This document shows positions 29,946 to 40,298 of a DNA stretch of 52,759 bases, in pieces. Numbering within the stretch: position 1 is the stretch's first letter; every line of letters starts with the position of its first letter. The notes beneath the pieces were generated by a model that worked only from the letters and a program-made list of their open reading frames with translations, ran no database searches and had not been told where the DNA came from. A program made the translations under genes and the position numbers. Source of the stretch: Armatimonadota bacterium (GTDB lineage Bacteria > Armatimonadota > Fimbriimonadia > Fimbriimonadales > Fimbriimonadaceae); NCBI GenBank assembly GCA_031400935.1, contig JANNQV010000050.1:1-52759 (forward strand), written 5' to 3'.

Positions 29946-30062
29946 TGTGTTCGTTATAGCGTTTTGAATTGTAGGACCGATTGGACTTATTTGTCCTAGA
30001 TGTCCTATTCGTCCTATCTCGGCTTTCTTCTAGATGCTCCTCCAAGTACAATTACTCATCCC

Positions 30063-31655
30063 ATGTCAGAAGAACTCTCGCTCCGTGAAATTCGGCTTCA
30101 AAAGCTCGCTAGAATGCGCGAGATCGGTCATGATCCTTTTGCCATAGAGGAATTTAAGCGCGATGGAACCGCTGACCAAATTTTGGCGATGTTTGAAGGG
30201 AAGGACGAAGAGGCACTGAAAGCAGCTACAGTTAGCTTTGCTGGAAGAGTTGTCAGCTACAGAGATATGGGAAAGGCTGGCTTTGCCCACTTGAGCGATG
30301 GTGATGGCAAGATTCAGATTTATTGCAGGAAGGATGACCTTGAAGGAATCGGATGGGACCTGTACCAACTTCTGGACATAGGCGATCATCTTGGAGTGGA
30401 AGGCTATCTCTTCCACACGCGAACTGGTGAGCGGAGCATTCATGTCACTCAGTTACTGCCGCTTGCCAAGTGCCTTGAAACCCTGCCGATTGGAAAGGAA
30501 AAAGACGGAGAGCAATGGTATGGTCTCACCGATGTCGAGCAAAGATATCGGCATCGGCATCTCGACCTCATTGCAAACCCAGAAGCCAGGAAAGCGCTGA
30601 TTGATCGTTCAAAAATCGTTTCTGCAGTACGGCGATATTTTGATAGTGCAGGGTATTTGGAGGTAGAAACTCCGCTTCTGCAAGTAGTGGCTGGGGGCGC
30701 AGCGGCGCGCCCTTTTTCAACTCATTACAATGCCTATGATATGGACGTTAAGCTCCGAATTTCGCTTGAATTGTATTTGAAAAGACTGATTTGCGGCGAT
30801 ATTCCGGCAGTATATGAAATCGGAAGAGTATTTCGGAATGAAGGAGTTTCAAATCGTCACAATCCTGAGTTCACATTGCTTGAGTTTTATGAGGCGTACA
30901 CGAATTTGGAAGGCATGATGAAGAGGGTCGAAGAGTGCTTTGCTTTTGTGGCGAAGGAAGTTTATGAGAGTTCAGTCATCGAAATCGGACAAAAGGGAGA
31001 AACGAGTCCTGGAAGTCCAATTGATTTCTCCAATCCCTGGAAAAGAGTTGACCTCCTCGATGAAATTTCAAGACATTCTGGATTGGACAGGTCGGATTTG
31101 TCAGACATTTCCATAGCAAAAAATGCAATCAAGGTAAAAGGGGTTCTTGACAAAGCCCACCAACTAGGCGGGCACATTGATCTTGCCAAAGAAGACAATC
31201 TTGGTGGGCTTGTTGAAAAGTTACTCGAAATCTTTGTCGAACCGACGCTGCAAGAACCTACTTTTGTCGTTGGTTACCCTATTGAAACGTCTCCGTTAGC
31301 TAAGAAAGACCCAACCAACCCCAAGATGACGAGAAGGTTTGAGGGCTACATTTTTGGAAGGGAGATTTGCAACGCCTTTAGCGAGATCAATGATCCAATA
31401 GATCAGCGTGAGAGGTTTGAACAGCAGGCTCAAGAAATTTCGAAGGGCGATGAAGAGGCTCATCCTTACGATGAAGAGTTCATTCACGCTCTCGAATGCG
31501 GAATGCCGCCGACTGGTGGTTGCGGAATCGGGATGGAACGCCTTGCGATGGTGTTTACTGGATCAGAGCATATTCGAGAAATCATGTTCTTTCCGATGAT
31601 GAAGCCAGTTCAATGTAATCCCGCCACCGTCAGCGAAGCGACGGGGGAGGGCTAG
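30063..31655 (+). CDS. lysS: Lysine--tRNA ligase, class II
   Basis: OB anticodon domain, GGAAARPF, FRNEG..HNPEF, GMPPTGG.GIG.ERL. Start at MSEELS; the track's upstream extension is repeat DNA. Confidence 0.97.
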   Translation: MSEELSLREIRLQKLARMREIGHDPFAIEEFKRDGTADQILAMFEGKDEEALKAATVSFAGRVVSYRDMGKAGFAHLSDGDGKIQIYCRKDDLEGIGWDLYQLLDIGDHLGVEGYLFHTRTGERSIHVTQLLPLAKCLETLPIGKEKDGEQWYGLTDVEQRYRHRHLDLIANPEARKALIDRSKIVSAVRRYFDSAGYLEVETPLLQVVAGGAAARPFSTHYNAYDMDVKLRISLELYLKRLICGDIPAVYEIGRVFRNEGVSNRHNPEFTLLEFYEAYTNLEGMMKRVEECFAFVAKEVYESSVIEIGQKGETSPGSPIDFSNPWKRVDLLDEISRHSGLDRSDLSDISIAKNAIKVKGVLDKAHQLGGHIDLAKEDNLGGLVEKLLEIFVEPTLQEPTFVVGYPIETSPLAKKDPTNPKMTRRFEGYIFGREICNAFSEINDPIDQRERFEQQAQEISKGDEEAHPYDEEFIHALECGMPPTGGCGIGMERLAMVFTGSEHIREIMFFPMMKPVQCNPATVSEATGEG

Positions 31656-31664
31656 GGTGGGGGC

Positions 31665-31699
31665 AAAAAAAGAACCGCCAGCATTTCTGCCGACGGCTC
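31665..31699 (-). terminator. Intrinsic terminator for the minus-strand gene 31787-32185
   Basis: Minus strand reads gagccgtcggca-gaaa-tgctggcggttc-ttttttt. Confidence 0.75.
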
Positions 31700-31786
31700 A
31701 GTTTTTCGAGGTTAGGTTTGTGATCTGTTTCTTGTAGTGTGCCTCACTGAATCGGCGAAGACCCAAAGTCCACTAGGTGTCGGATG

Positions 31787-32185
31787 TTAAAAGAGTCGGA
31801 GTCGAAGTTCGGCTGGCTCTTCGACTATTACTCGTTCGAGTTGGACTGGAGCCAGAAAATCATCTGCCCAAACCAATCTCATGCTTGTTTGTTGCAAGTT
31901 TTCGATTCGCAAAACATAGCACACTGATTGAGAATCTAAAACAAGATAGAGCGTGTTTTCGACTTTTGCGACAGCAAATCGGCCATCGAATTCGATGCCT
32001 GCGCTCGCATTGTTCAGCTTAAAGTGCCCTTCGCCATCTAAGCTTAACTGCAATCCAGCTTCGCCCGAGTTTACGGTCCAATTACCAGCCAAGGCTCGGC
32101 GCATCGGTGCAAACGTTCGCACCCAAAGCACTCGATTCGTCGCCAGCGCGTCTACGACCTTTTGTGTTTCTGGATTGTAATTCAT
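31787..32185 (-). CDS. Hypothetical protein (lipocalin-like beta pattern)
   Basis: 132-aa ORF with LAGNW motif, an upstream TATTCT box and a downstream terminator. Confidence 0.6.
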   Translation of the reverse strand: MNYNPETQKVVDALATNRVLWVRTFAPMRRALAGNWTVNSGEAGLQLSLDGEGHFKLNNASAGIEFDGRFAVAKVENTLYLVLDSQSVCYVLRIENLQQTSMRLVWADDFLAPVQLERVIVEEPAELRLRLF

Positions 32186-32270
32186 GATAACAAGAATAAC
32201 GCAAAAAGTTCGGAAGGGGTTAGCAAACTACAAATATTGGGTACGACGACCTATGAAAATGGGCATTGAG

Positions 32271-32819
32271 CTAGACTTGTTTTGAATCTATCGCCGGCTT
32301 TTGCCAGATCCAACTGACAAATACTCCAGCCGCGACGCCCAAAAGGGCACCTGCCAAAACGTCTGTTGGCCAATGAACTCCACGATAAATTCGGGAAACA
32401 CCAACAAGTGAGGCCCAAATGAAGATCGAAAACGCAATCCATCTCTTGTCCGTTTTCCAAGCCCAAATTGCGATTACCGTAGCGACCCCAAAAGCTGTCA
32501 TCGTGTGTCCGCTTGGAAAACTGTGGCCGAAGATTAGCTCGTCTGGTGAAATGACTGTCTGATCCCAATTAGAAGGTCTGTCACGAGGAATCAAGCGTTT
32601 GGGTATGTGAACAATCAGTCCTAGCAGAACAGCAACCACAATTTGCCAGAACAACGGGCGCACCTTTTTCCATCGTAACAGCGGCAAACTCAAAAGCACT
32701 TGAAAATGTCCAAGTCCGGTTGTTGTTATGAGCCAAAAAATGGGATTCAGCCAATCGTGACGGATCGCGCCGTTGAAATACAGAAACACGGCGCGATCCA
32801 GTTCACGAAGAGATTCCAC
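32271..32819 (-). CDS. PAP2 family phosphatase
   Basis: K....R.RP, SFPSGH and SRIY.GVHWP.DV motifs. Confidence 0.93.
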   Translation of the reverse strand: MESLRELDRAVFLYFNGAIRHDWLNPIFWLITTTGLGHFQVLLSLPLLRWKKVRPLFWQIVVAVLLGLIVHIPKRLIPRDRPSNWDQTVISPDELIFGHSFPSGHTMTAFGVATVIAIWAWKTDKRWIAFSIFIWASLVGVSRIYRGVHWPTDVLAGALLGVAAGVFVSWIWQKPAIDSKQV

Positions 32820-32839
32820 GAGAGAAGGATACTACTTTA

Positions 32840-33024
32840 GGGTCATTGGGTCATTGGGTCATGGGGTCACGTGCTATAGGGTTATTGGTTTTTGGGTCAT
32901 GGGGTCGTCGGGCCATTAGTTTATCGGGGATTGGGTGAAGTGGGTGAATTGGGTGAGTTGGGTGACTTTGGAAACGCGCAATTGAATCTAATGACCGAAA
33001 GGCCTAGTGACCCAATGACCTAGT
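32840..33024. repeat. Octamer (GGGTCATT) and nonamer (TGGGTGAAT) tandem repeats with inverted partners
   Basis: gggtcattgggtcattgggtcatggggtcac..., tgggtgaagtgggtgaattgggtgagttgggtgac, and ...tgacccaatgacctag. Confidence 0.75.
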
Positions 33025-33026
33025 AA

Positions 33027-35519
33027 CTATCCCCCGCCCCTCTTCTCACTCATTTCCGCGCTTCCCCGATACCGATCGCCTAACAAATGTTCTGCAAAGT
33101 ACTCCATCAGCATTTGCTGAAAGTAAGTGTTCATTGAACCAAATCCATGTGCCTGGCCAGGCATTGGCATAAAGTCAAACCGTTTGTTTGCCTTGATGAG
33201 TGCATCGGCGAGGCGCTCGGTGTTACCGGGATGTACGTTGTTATCCATCGTTCCATGTACCAAAAGCAATTTGCCCTTAAGATTTGCTGCGATTTCGACT
33301 GTTGTCGGAACTTTGATCTCGAACTTAGTTAACTGGAATGGGGCATCAATCACGTCGGCAAGCTCTTCGGGCGGCGGAGGGCGTCTGCCACCTCCTCTGC
33401 CCGTTCCGGTTGTACTTGTTGTCGTTGTGGCGGCTCCAGCCGCAACTTCTTTCAAGCCGTGATGCTGCTCTGACCAGTTTTGATTGTAAATATTGTTGTC
33501 GTGATTTCCTGCGCTCGAAACCCCAACTTTGAAGAACGAATTGTAAGGAGTCATCATCATTGCAGCGGCAGTCATGAATCCGCCGCCTGAATGACCGTAA
33601 ATTCCGACTTTGTCAAGGTCTATCCAGGGATATTTTGCTGCCAGTTGCTCTACTGCAGCTTGCTTATCCGCAAGTCCATAATCGCGCAAGTTGAAATAGC
33701 CGTAGCTGTGATATGCATTTGAACGCTGAGGATTTCCGCCGCGATTTCCAATCTGAATGACAATAAACCCTAGCTGAGCAAGCTGCAAAGTGCTCCCACT
33801 GGCAGAAAACGTATCCGTAACACCTTCGGTCTGCGGACCCGGATAGATGTTCAAAATGATTGGATACCTTTTGTTTGGGTCAAAGTCGAACGGCTTCCAC
33901 ATGTTGCCGAAAACGTCATAAATTCCATCGGCGGATTTGACATTAAACGTCTCTGGAGTTCGCCATCCGATTTCCGTTAAACGCGACACATCAGTTTCCT
34001 CTAATGGCAAAACTGTGTCTCCCGTCCAATTTCGAAGGACGATTTTGGAAGGCATATCCACTCTTGACATGGCGTCAACGATGAACTTCTTTGTAGGAGA
34101 AAGCTCCGGATTGTGGTTCACGTTTCCGGGAGTCAAGTCAACGAGTTCGGTACCGTCCAATTTGCAGCGATACAAATGCTCATAGTACGGATTTTCGCCA
34201 TCTGTTTTTCCAACCCCAGTAAAGTAAACGAGCCCTTTTTCGGCATCAACTTGAAGGATGTTTTCTGCTCTCCACGCTCCATTCGTCACAGAATTCTTGA
34301 GAGTTCCGTCAGCGTTGTATTGATAAATGTGCCCCCAGCCAGTTCTCTCGCTCCACCAAAGGAAGCCTTCGCCTTCTTTTATGTAGGTGATCTGCCTCGT
34401 TTCAAGAAACGCATTTTCAACAGAGTCTGAGAACAAAACTCTATCGAAACCAAGTTTGAAATCGTATTCGATTAACTCCAAGTTTCGTTGCAAGCGATCT
34501 CGTCGAATCAATCGAATCTTTTCAGAAGTATTCGGCCAGTGAACGTTTTGAAGTCGCTGATCTTTGTATTTCTCGACCTTTAGTTTCGTCAGTTTCTTGT
34601 CCGCACGAGCAAAGCCGTAAAGCTCCATTGTGGAAACGTCTTCCTCTCCTGGCAAAGCGTATTTGTAAGTCATCAATGTAGGCCGTGGTTGAGAAAGGAC
34701 ATTGACTAGCCAGAAGTCTTTCACCTTACGAGAGTCCGTCCGCATTGTAAAAAAGCGAAGGGAGTCGGTGCTCCAAGTAACATTTGGACGAACTTTTCGA
34801 GTTGCGTCAGTTGCTGTACCTGAATCGCCACCGAGAATTGATCTCGTGCCTCCGAAACTGTAGTAATCCACGCCGTCCGTCGAAAGTTGAACGGGTTCGC
34901 CTTCCTTTTTTTCTTTGTCGTCACTAACTTCAACAAAGAACAAATTGTGGTTTTGAGCATAAACAAAGCACTTTTTGTCGGGAGCCCAGTTTCGATATTC
35001 CGTTTCCGAAGTCGTCGGTCCACGTTGTCCACCTTGGCCGGCAGCAGGGAAGGCACTTGGCGGTGCTGGCGGAGTCGCTGGTGGAAGTTCCTTGAGGGTC
35101 TCTTTTAATCGGTCGTATTCGTATTGCTTAGTGTCAACGGTAAATCGAATCGCATCTGTCTTTTCTTGATAGGTGATGGCTGTAAATGGCAGGTTAAGGG
35201 CATCGTATGGCTTCTTTGTCTGAACTGAAAGCAACTCCGCCAATTTGTTGTGATCGAACAGCAATTCCCTCTTTTTCTTGTCGGGATCAACAAACATAAA
35301 TCGGGCACCTTTCATGTCTCGCCAGCGGTACCAAAACTTGTCCGTTTTCCCAACAAACGTCGGATTCAGAGTGGTCGAACCAATCCAAAGTTGCATATTT
35401 GCAGTTGAAAAACGATTTGCAAGTGTCCAGTTAGCTTTATTGCTATTTGACTGCGCCGTAGCTGAGGAACAAGCCAAGGATATTGCCATGACAATAAACC
35501 ACGAATGACGAATGAACAT
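33027..35519 (-). CDS. S9B/DPP-IV-like secreted peptidase
   Basis: Signal peptide, DPPIV_N propeller, GHSGGG nucleophile, HGTMDNNVH and terminal HG. Confidence 0.9.
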   Translation of the reverse strand: MFIRHSWFIVMAISLACSSATAQSNSNKANWTLANRFSTANMQLWIGSTTLNPTFVGKTDKFWYRWRDMKGARFMFVDPDKKKRELLFDHNKLAELLSVQTKKPYDALNLPFTAITYQEKTDAIRFTVDTKQYEYDRLKETLKELPPATPPAPPSAFPAAGQGGQRGPTTSETEYRNWAPDKKCFVYAQNHNLFFVEVSDDKEKKEGEPVQLSTDGVDYYSFGGTRSILGGDSGTATDATRKVRPNVTWSTDSLRFFTMRTDSRKVKDFWLVNVLSQPRPTLMTYKYALPGEEDVSTMELYGFARADKKLTKLKVEKYKDQRLQNVHWPNTSEKIRLIRRDRLQRNLELIEYDFKLGFDRVLFSDSVENAFLETRQITYIKEGEGFLWWSERTGWGHIYQYNADGTLKNSVTNGAWRAENILQVDAEKGLVYFTGVGKTDGENPYYEHLYRCKLDGTELVDLTPGNVNHNPELSPTKKFIVDAMSRVDMPSKIVLRNWTGDTVLPLEETDVSRLTEIGWRTPETFNVKSADGIYDVFGNMWKPFDFDPNKRYPIILNIYPGPQTEGVTDTFSASGSTLQLAQLGFIVIQIGNRGGNPQRSNAYHSYGYFNLRDYGLADKQAAVEQLAAKYPWIDLDKVGIYGHSGGGFMTAAAMMMTPYNSFFKVGVSSAGNHDNNIYNQNWSEQHHGLKEVAAGAATTTTSTTGTGRGGGRRPPPPEELADVIDAPFQLTKFEIKVPTTVEIAANLKGKLLLVHGTMDNNVHPGNTERLADALIKANKRFDFMPMPGQAHGFGSMNTYFQQMLMEYFAEHLLGDRYRGSAEMSEKRGGG

Positions 35520-35745
35520 GAATCTAAACTCCTGAACTAAATAACCAAATCGGATTATGAACGGTAGCAGAAGGTTTTGGGAGTGCGACCGACTATGTAG
35601 GAGTTTTTGAGTAAGTGGCTTTGAACCCTCTTAAAGTCAAGGTGAATGTCAGCCAAAGCTACGATATCTTCGAGTGGACTTCCAAAATGCTTACCGATTG
35701 TGCAACGTACACGAACCCAAATCCGTCACATCTTAAGCACCTAGA

Positions 35746-36000
35746 ATGATCGCAGCACTTATCAATTTCATTTTCGGCATTGCGATTCTTGTTGGAATCG
35801 GGTATGCAACGGTCAAATGGATTATCCCCGGAATTAAGAGCTACCAAGATGGCGAAGCCAGAGCCAAAAAGCACGACCTTTGGCTCCAAGAACAAGAACG
35901 CCGAGATGCTGATCTACGAAAAGCCGCTGAGCAAGAAATCAACCAGGAATTTGGGAACATTGGCGTGCCAGATGAACCAAATATCGAGGAAAAATCATGA
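35746..36000 (+). CDS. Small single-TM protein, first gene of the SPFH operon
   Basis: N-terminal TM plus charged coiled tail; ATGA overlap with the next gene. Confidence 0.65.
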   Translation: MIAALINFIFGIAILVGIGYATVKWIIPGIKSYQDGEARAKKHDLWLQEQERRDADLRKAAEQEINQEFGNIGVPDEPNIEEKS

Positions 36001-36923
36001 AAAACCTTGACGAAATGATGAAATCTTCATTTCCTCGGCCGTCTCGAAAATTCAAGAGGTTCTTGTTAATATTTGGCGTTATATTTGTCGGTTTCATTGT
36101 CTGGTACAGCCGAATCCAATGGGTGCCAGCGGGTTACGTCGGAGTCATTTACAATGCGAATTCGGGAATGAGGCGAGAAGTTTACAAGCCGCAAGCGATG
36201 TTCGTCGGTTTTTTCAGCCAACTTTACACGTATCCGACACGGCTTCAAGCTGCAATCTATACTCAAGACCCATCTTTTGGCGAGAGAAAGTCCGCAGATG
36301 GAATCCAAATCACGACAAGCGATTCGGCGATCACCACATTTGATTTGACCGTGCTTTATCGGGTTCGCAGCGAAGACGTTTTCACGGTTTTTGACAAGTT
36401 CGGACCAATACCGATTGAAGATATCCAAACACTTCACATCAGAAGGGCGGTTCGAGAAGCTGCAAGCGCAGTAGGGAACAAATACGACGTATTTCAGCTC
36501 TTGGGACCGAAACGGGGCGAAGCTTCGCAATTGATGACTTCAGAATTGAAGCTCCGAATGGCATCAAAGGGAATTACGATCATCCATTGCATGCTGGGAA
36601 CGGCGCACCCGTCCACCAATATTGCCGACAAAATCACTCAGAGAGTTAATGCTTATACCCAACTGGAGATATCGAAACTTGAATCCCAAATTGCAGAGAT
36701 CAATCGGCAAGCTGCGGTTGTTCGAGGCGCCGCTGAAACTCAAGCCCGTACCTTGACTGCAAACGAGACGATGGCAAAGTCCGTTGAGATGCTCGAGCTT
36801 GAATTGGAAGCTGATGCCATCGCCAAATGGGCGGCGGCAGGTGGAAAGTTGCCCGCGATCATAACTAAACCAGGCCAAACCGTAATTGTGAATGGTTCAG
36901 GACAACCGGTGAACGTGCGATGA
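35997..36923 (+). CDS. SPFH/band-7 domain membrane protein
   Basis: TM then VPAGYVGV, YTYPT..Q, D.TV.YRV and a coiled C-terminus ending KW..G.LP. Confidence 0.85.
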   Translation: MKNLDEMMKSSFPRPSRKFKRFLLIFGVIFVGFIVWYSRIQWVPAGYVGVIYNANSGMRREVYKPQAMFVGFFSQLYTYPTRLQAAIYTQDPSFGERKSADGIQITTSDSAITTFDLTVLYRVRSEDVFTVFDKFGPIPIEDIQTLHIRRAVREAASAVGNKYDVFQLLGPKRGEASQLMTSELKLRMASKGITIIHCMLGTAHPSTNIADKITQRVNAYTQLEISKLESQIAEINRQAAVVRGAAETQARTLTANETMAKSVEMLELELEADAIAKWAAAGGKLPAIITKPGQTVIVNGSGQPVNVR

Positions 36924-37783
36924 GAAAAATCAAAATTCTTGGTCTAGTCCCTGTTCTTCTGGTTGCAACGGGTTGCTACAAACAGATTCCGCCGTCCTCT
37001 GTTGGTATCAAATTTTCGGCAAATAGCGGAATTTCGGAAAAATTAGTCAAACCGCATGTCACTTTTGTTGGCCCACTTCAACAGCTTGTCATCTACCCGA
37101 CTAGCATCAAGAACGCATCGTACGTCCGGAATTCGAACGAAGGTGAACGGCAAGGCGACGACAGCATCATGGCAAGCACAATCGAAGGCGCGACCCTTCC
37201 TGTTGACATAACTGTTGCGTGGCACGTTGATCCTGAAAATGTAGTCAACACTTTTGAAAATTTCGGCACAGCCGATTTAGGCGAAATTCAAAGGACATTC
37301 ATTCGGACGACCACAAATTACGCGGTAAACGTGGTTTCAGGTGGTAGTTCAATTTTTGACCTGACAGCAAAGGAGAGAGCCAAATTCGGGCCAAATGTCA
37401 AGGCTGTCCTTGCGCCAATCCTGCTGGAATTTGGAATTTCGGTGGACGATGTTTACGTAGGCGAAGTCTTTCCAAACAATGAGATCACCACGAAGGTGAA
37501 TGAACGAGTTGCCAAACGAAATGAACTTGAAAAGGCCGGAATCTCCCTTCAACAAGCTCGAATTGACGCAGAAACGACGCTGACGAACGCCAAGAAACAA
37601 GCTGAGCTAAACAAGCAGCTTGCGGCGCAAGGCGAAAAAGCAATCGCCCTTCGAAAGCAAGAAAACAGAAGAAAAGCGATAGAGGCTTGGGACGGAAATC
37701 CAAGTCAGATTGGAGATGGGACGATTCCGTTTACCAACATCAGTTTGAAGCCGCCTTCGAGTACTGCCCAACCGTCGAAATGA
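36920..37783 (+). CDS. SPFH/band-7 domain lipoprotein
   Basis: Lipobox ATGC, IPP..VGIK, IYPT and C-terminal IEAWDG.. Confidence 0.85.
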   Translation: MRKIKILGLVPVLLVATGCYKQIPPSSVGIKFSANSGISEKLVKPHVTFVGPLQQLVIYPTSIKNASYVRNSNEGERQGDDSIMASTIEGATLPVDITVAWHVDPENVVNTFENFGTADLGEIQRTFIRTTTNYAVNVVSGGSSIFDLTAKERAKFGPNVKAVLAPILLEFGISVDDVYVGEVFPNNEITTKVNERVAKRNELEKAGISLQQARIDAETTLTNAKKQAELNKQLAAQGEKAIALRKQENRRKAIEAWDGNPSQIGDGTIPFTNISLKPPSSTAQPSK

Positions 37784-37806
37784 TCTCCATAATGTTTTTG
37801 TGCGAC

Positions 37807-37927
37807 GAAGCGCGGAGCTTGTGTTGGGGTTATTGGTCGTAATTAGCTGTCCTGGCTCCGCGGACCGGAATGCGGAGCTTTATCTGTTGTGATTGAAAGT
37901 TGTGTGGATGAAGTGGCTCCGCGCTCC
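37807..37927. repeat. GGAGCGCGG-family REP-like repeats
   Basis: gaagcgcggagct, ggctccgcggaccggaatgcggagct and ggctccgcgctcc. Confidence 0.7.
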
Positions 37928-37948
37928 TTTTCCAGGTACCTTCAATCC

Positions 37949-39076
37949 GTGATTCGCATCGCAATTCTTGGCTCGACAGGCAGCATTGGAACGCAAACTT
38001 TAGATGTTGCGAGGCAACATTCGGATCGAATTGAGGTCATCGGATTAGTCGCTGGGTCTAATGCCGAAGCCTTGCAAAGACAGGGCAGGGAATTCCCGAA
38101 AGCGAATCTTGCGTTGTTCAGCGATCTTAGCGCATCGGGAATTCCTGCGGGGAAAGATGCCGTATCGGAGCTTCTTTCCCGAGACAATGTGGATATGGTT
38201 GTCGTAGCAGTTGCCGGGGTGATCGGGCTGATTCCGACCCTTCGAGCAATTGAGGCCAAGAAAAACATCGCTCTTGCTAGCAAAGAAGTTTTAGTTGCTG
38301 CTGGAGAAATTGTAATGCCTTTGGTCCGCAAAATGGGCGTGACACTGACCCCAATTGACAGCGAGCATAGTGCAGTTTTCCAATGTTTGCAGGGCTATCG
38401 CCAGGATCAGATCGAGGAAGTCATTCTGACTGCAAGCGGCGGTCCATTCCGGGGTTGGGAGATTGATCACCTTTCTAAAGTTACAGTAGTAGATGCACTT
38501 AATCATCCAACCTGGAACATGGGAGGGAAAATCACAATTGATTCAGCAACCCTGATGAACAAGGGCCTTGAAATGATCGAGGCAAAATGGCTTTTTGGGC
38601 TAGAAATGGAACAGGTTTCGTTAGTTGTTCATCCGCAAAGCATCATTCATTCGATGGTTAGATTTACGGACGGTTCAGTTCTGGGACAAATGGGCTGGCC
38701 GAACATGAGGTTGCCGATTCAATATGCTCTACTTTATCCTGAGCGCCCTGAAAGCGGATTGAAAACATGGGACCCTGTTGCGTCGGGAGATTTGACATTT
38801 GAAAACTATGATTCCACTACGTTCCGTGGCCCAAGCCTTGCGAGAGAATCAATGAAGGAAGGGAAGACAATGCCATGCGTCTTCAACGCAGCAAATGAAG
38901 CAGCCGCGAATTCTTTCCTTCGTGGCGAGATGGAATTCCTAGAGATTCAGGATTCGGTGGAACGAGTGATGTTAGCCCACATTCCGGAAACCGTCTGCCT
39001 CGAATCGTTGTTAGAAGCGGATAAGTGGGCGAGAGAGGAATTCCAACGAACCTCTAAGCGCAAAACGTCCGTATAA
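37949..39076 (+). CDS. dxr: 1-deoxy-D-xylulose-5-phosphate reductoisomerase
   Basis: ILGSTGSIGTQT, PIDSEH, TASGGPF, HPTWNMG.KITIDSA. GTG start chosen downstream of the repeat. Confidence 0.97.
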   Translation: MIRIAILGSTGSIGTQTLDVARQHSDRIEVIGLVAGSNAEALQRQGREFPKANLALFSDLSASGIPAGKDAVSELLSRDNVDMVVVAVAGVIGLIPTLRAIEAKKNIALASKEVLVAAGEIVMPLVRKMGVTLTPIDSEHSAVFQCLQGYRQDQIEEVILTASGGPFRGWEIDHLSKVTVVDALNHPTWNMGGKITIDSATLMNKGLEMIEAKWLFGLEMEQVSLVVHPQSIIHSMVRFTDGSVLGQMGWPNMRLPIQYALLYPERPESGLKTWDPVASGDLTFENYDSTTFRGPSLARESMKEGKTMPCVFNAANEAAANSFLRGEMEFLEIQDSVERVMLAHIPETVCLESLLEADKWAREEFQRTSKRKTSV

Positions 39077-39087
39077 GATAAGGTCAT

Positions 39088-40296
39088 ATGCAGTTTCTCC
39101 AAATACTTCTCAACCCGTTGAATATCATTGTGTTCCTCTTGATGGTGACCGTTTTGGTCGCCGCTCACGAATACGGACACTATTTGTTCGCTCGAGTTTT
39201 CAAAATGGAGATCGAGGAATTTGCCTTGGGGTTTGGGAAACCTCGCTGGGTGTTTCGAAGGGCAACCTATAAGGTTGAATCAAGTGGCGAAACAACCGAG
39301 CATGAAACCGAATTTACCCTTCGGCCCTGGCCGCTAGGCGGTTTTGTACGAATCGCAGGAATGCAACCGCTAGAGGATGGTAGTGAAACTCAAATTCGTA
39401 ATGGGTTTTACAGCAAGACGCCATTTGCTCGTTGGGTTGTGCTTTTTGCTGGGCCTGTCTTTAGCGTTTTGGCGGGAATTTTGGTTTTGGTGCCTCTTTA
39501 TACATTTTCTGGTGTAAACAAAGCAGACAATGTTCCAGTTATTTCATCAATTTCCACGAATGGGCCAGCGGATAAAGCAGGCCTGCTTCCAGGAGACAAA
39601 ATTGTTTCCCTTGACAGTAACCCGACTCCAACTTTCATAAGTGTGTTGAAGTATGTTCGGGACCGGCCAGGACAAAAAATCGAAGTAGTTTACGAACGCA
39701 AAGGTGAACTAAAATTTACTTTTGTAATACCTGAAAAGGATAAGACTGCCACGGTTGTTTTGGATGATAAATTCGAGCCAACTGAAGAACTAAAAATTCA
39801 GGGAAAGTTGCAAATGTTGCCTGGAACCCACTTAGAAAAATTACCATTTGGCGACTCATTCTCGCGTGCGGTCTCGTTGCCTTTAAAGATGGTTCAGGGC
39901 CTAATTGGGATCGCTCTTGCGCCAAGCCAATTTGATCAAAAGATGGGCGGTCCAATGACAATCCTGGATGCCACAGCTGGAGCTGTCAAGTATGGGATTC
40001 CGGGGGTTCTTGAACTCAGCGGGTTACTAACTATCTCGCTTGGGATTCTCAACTTGCTTCCATTTCCGCCGTTCGATGGCGGGCAAATGATGATCGCATT
40101 GGCTGAAATGTTTCGGCGAGGTCGAAGACTGGGCTTTAAGGTTCAAGAAAAGCTTTTTGGTGCTGGAACTGTACTCGTGTTGCTTTTGATTGTTGGGGTC
40201 TTCTGGGTAGATATCAAGCGTTACTTTTTCACGAAGCAAGATCCACCGAAAGTCATGAAAACTTTGGAAACAGAATCGGCGGCTTCAAAAAAGTAG
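39088..40296 (+). CDS. rseP: RIP metalloprotease RseP (M50) with PDZ domain
   Basis: HEYGH, PLGGFV, AGP, NLLPFPPFDGG, and its position directly after dxr. Confidence 0.93.
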   Translation: MQFLQILLNPLNIIVFLLMVTVLVAAHEYGHYLFARVFKMEIEEFALGFGKPRWVFRRATYKVESSGETTEHETEFTLRPWPLGGFVRIAGMQPLEDGSETQIRNGFYSKTPFARWVVLFAGPVFSVLAGILVLVPLYTFSGVNKADNVPVISSISTNGPADKAGLLPGDKIVSLDSNPTPTFISVLKYVRDRPGQKIEVVYERKGELKFTFVIPEKDKTATVVLDDKFEPTEELKIQGKLQMLPGTHLEKLPFGDSFSRAVSLPLKMVQGLIGIALAPSQFDQKMGGPMTILDATAGAVKYGIPGVLELSGLLTISLGILNLLPFPPFDGGQMMIALAEMFRRGRRLGFKVQEKLFGAGTVLVLLLIVGVFWVDIKRYFFTKQDPPKVMKTLETESAASKK

Positions 40297-40298
40297 TA

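Noticed and set aside
30000..30062. N-terminal extensions of lysS, dxr, sdhB, S41, DUF1579 and M61 in the ORF track
   Set aside because: The extensions cover repeats or promoter DNA; downstream starts fit the family N-termini and the -10 boxes better.
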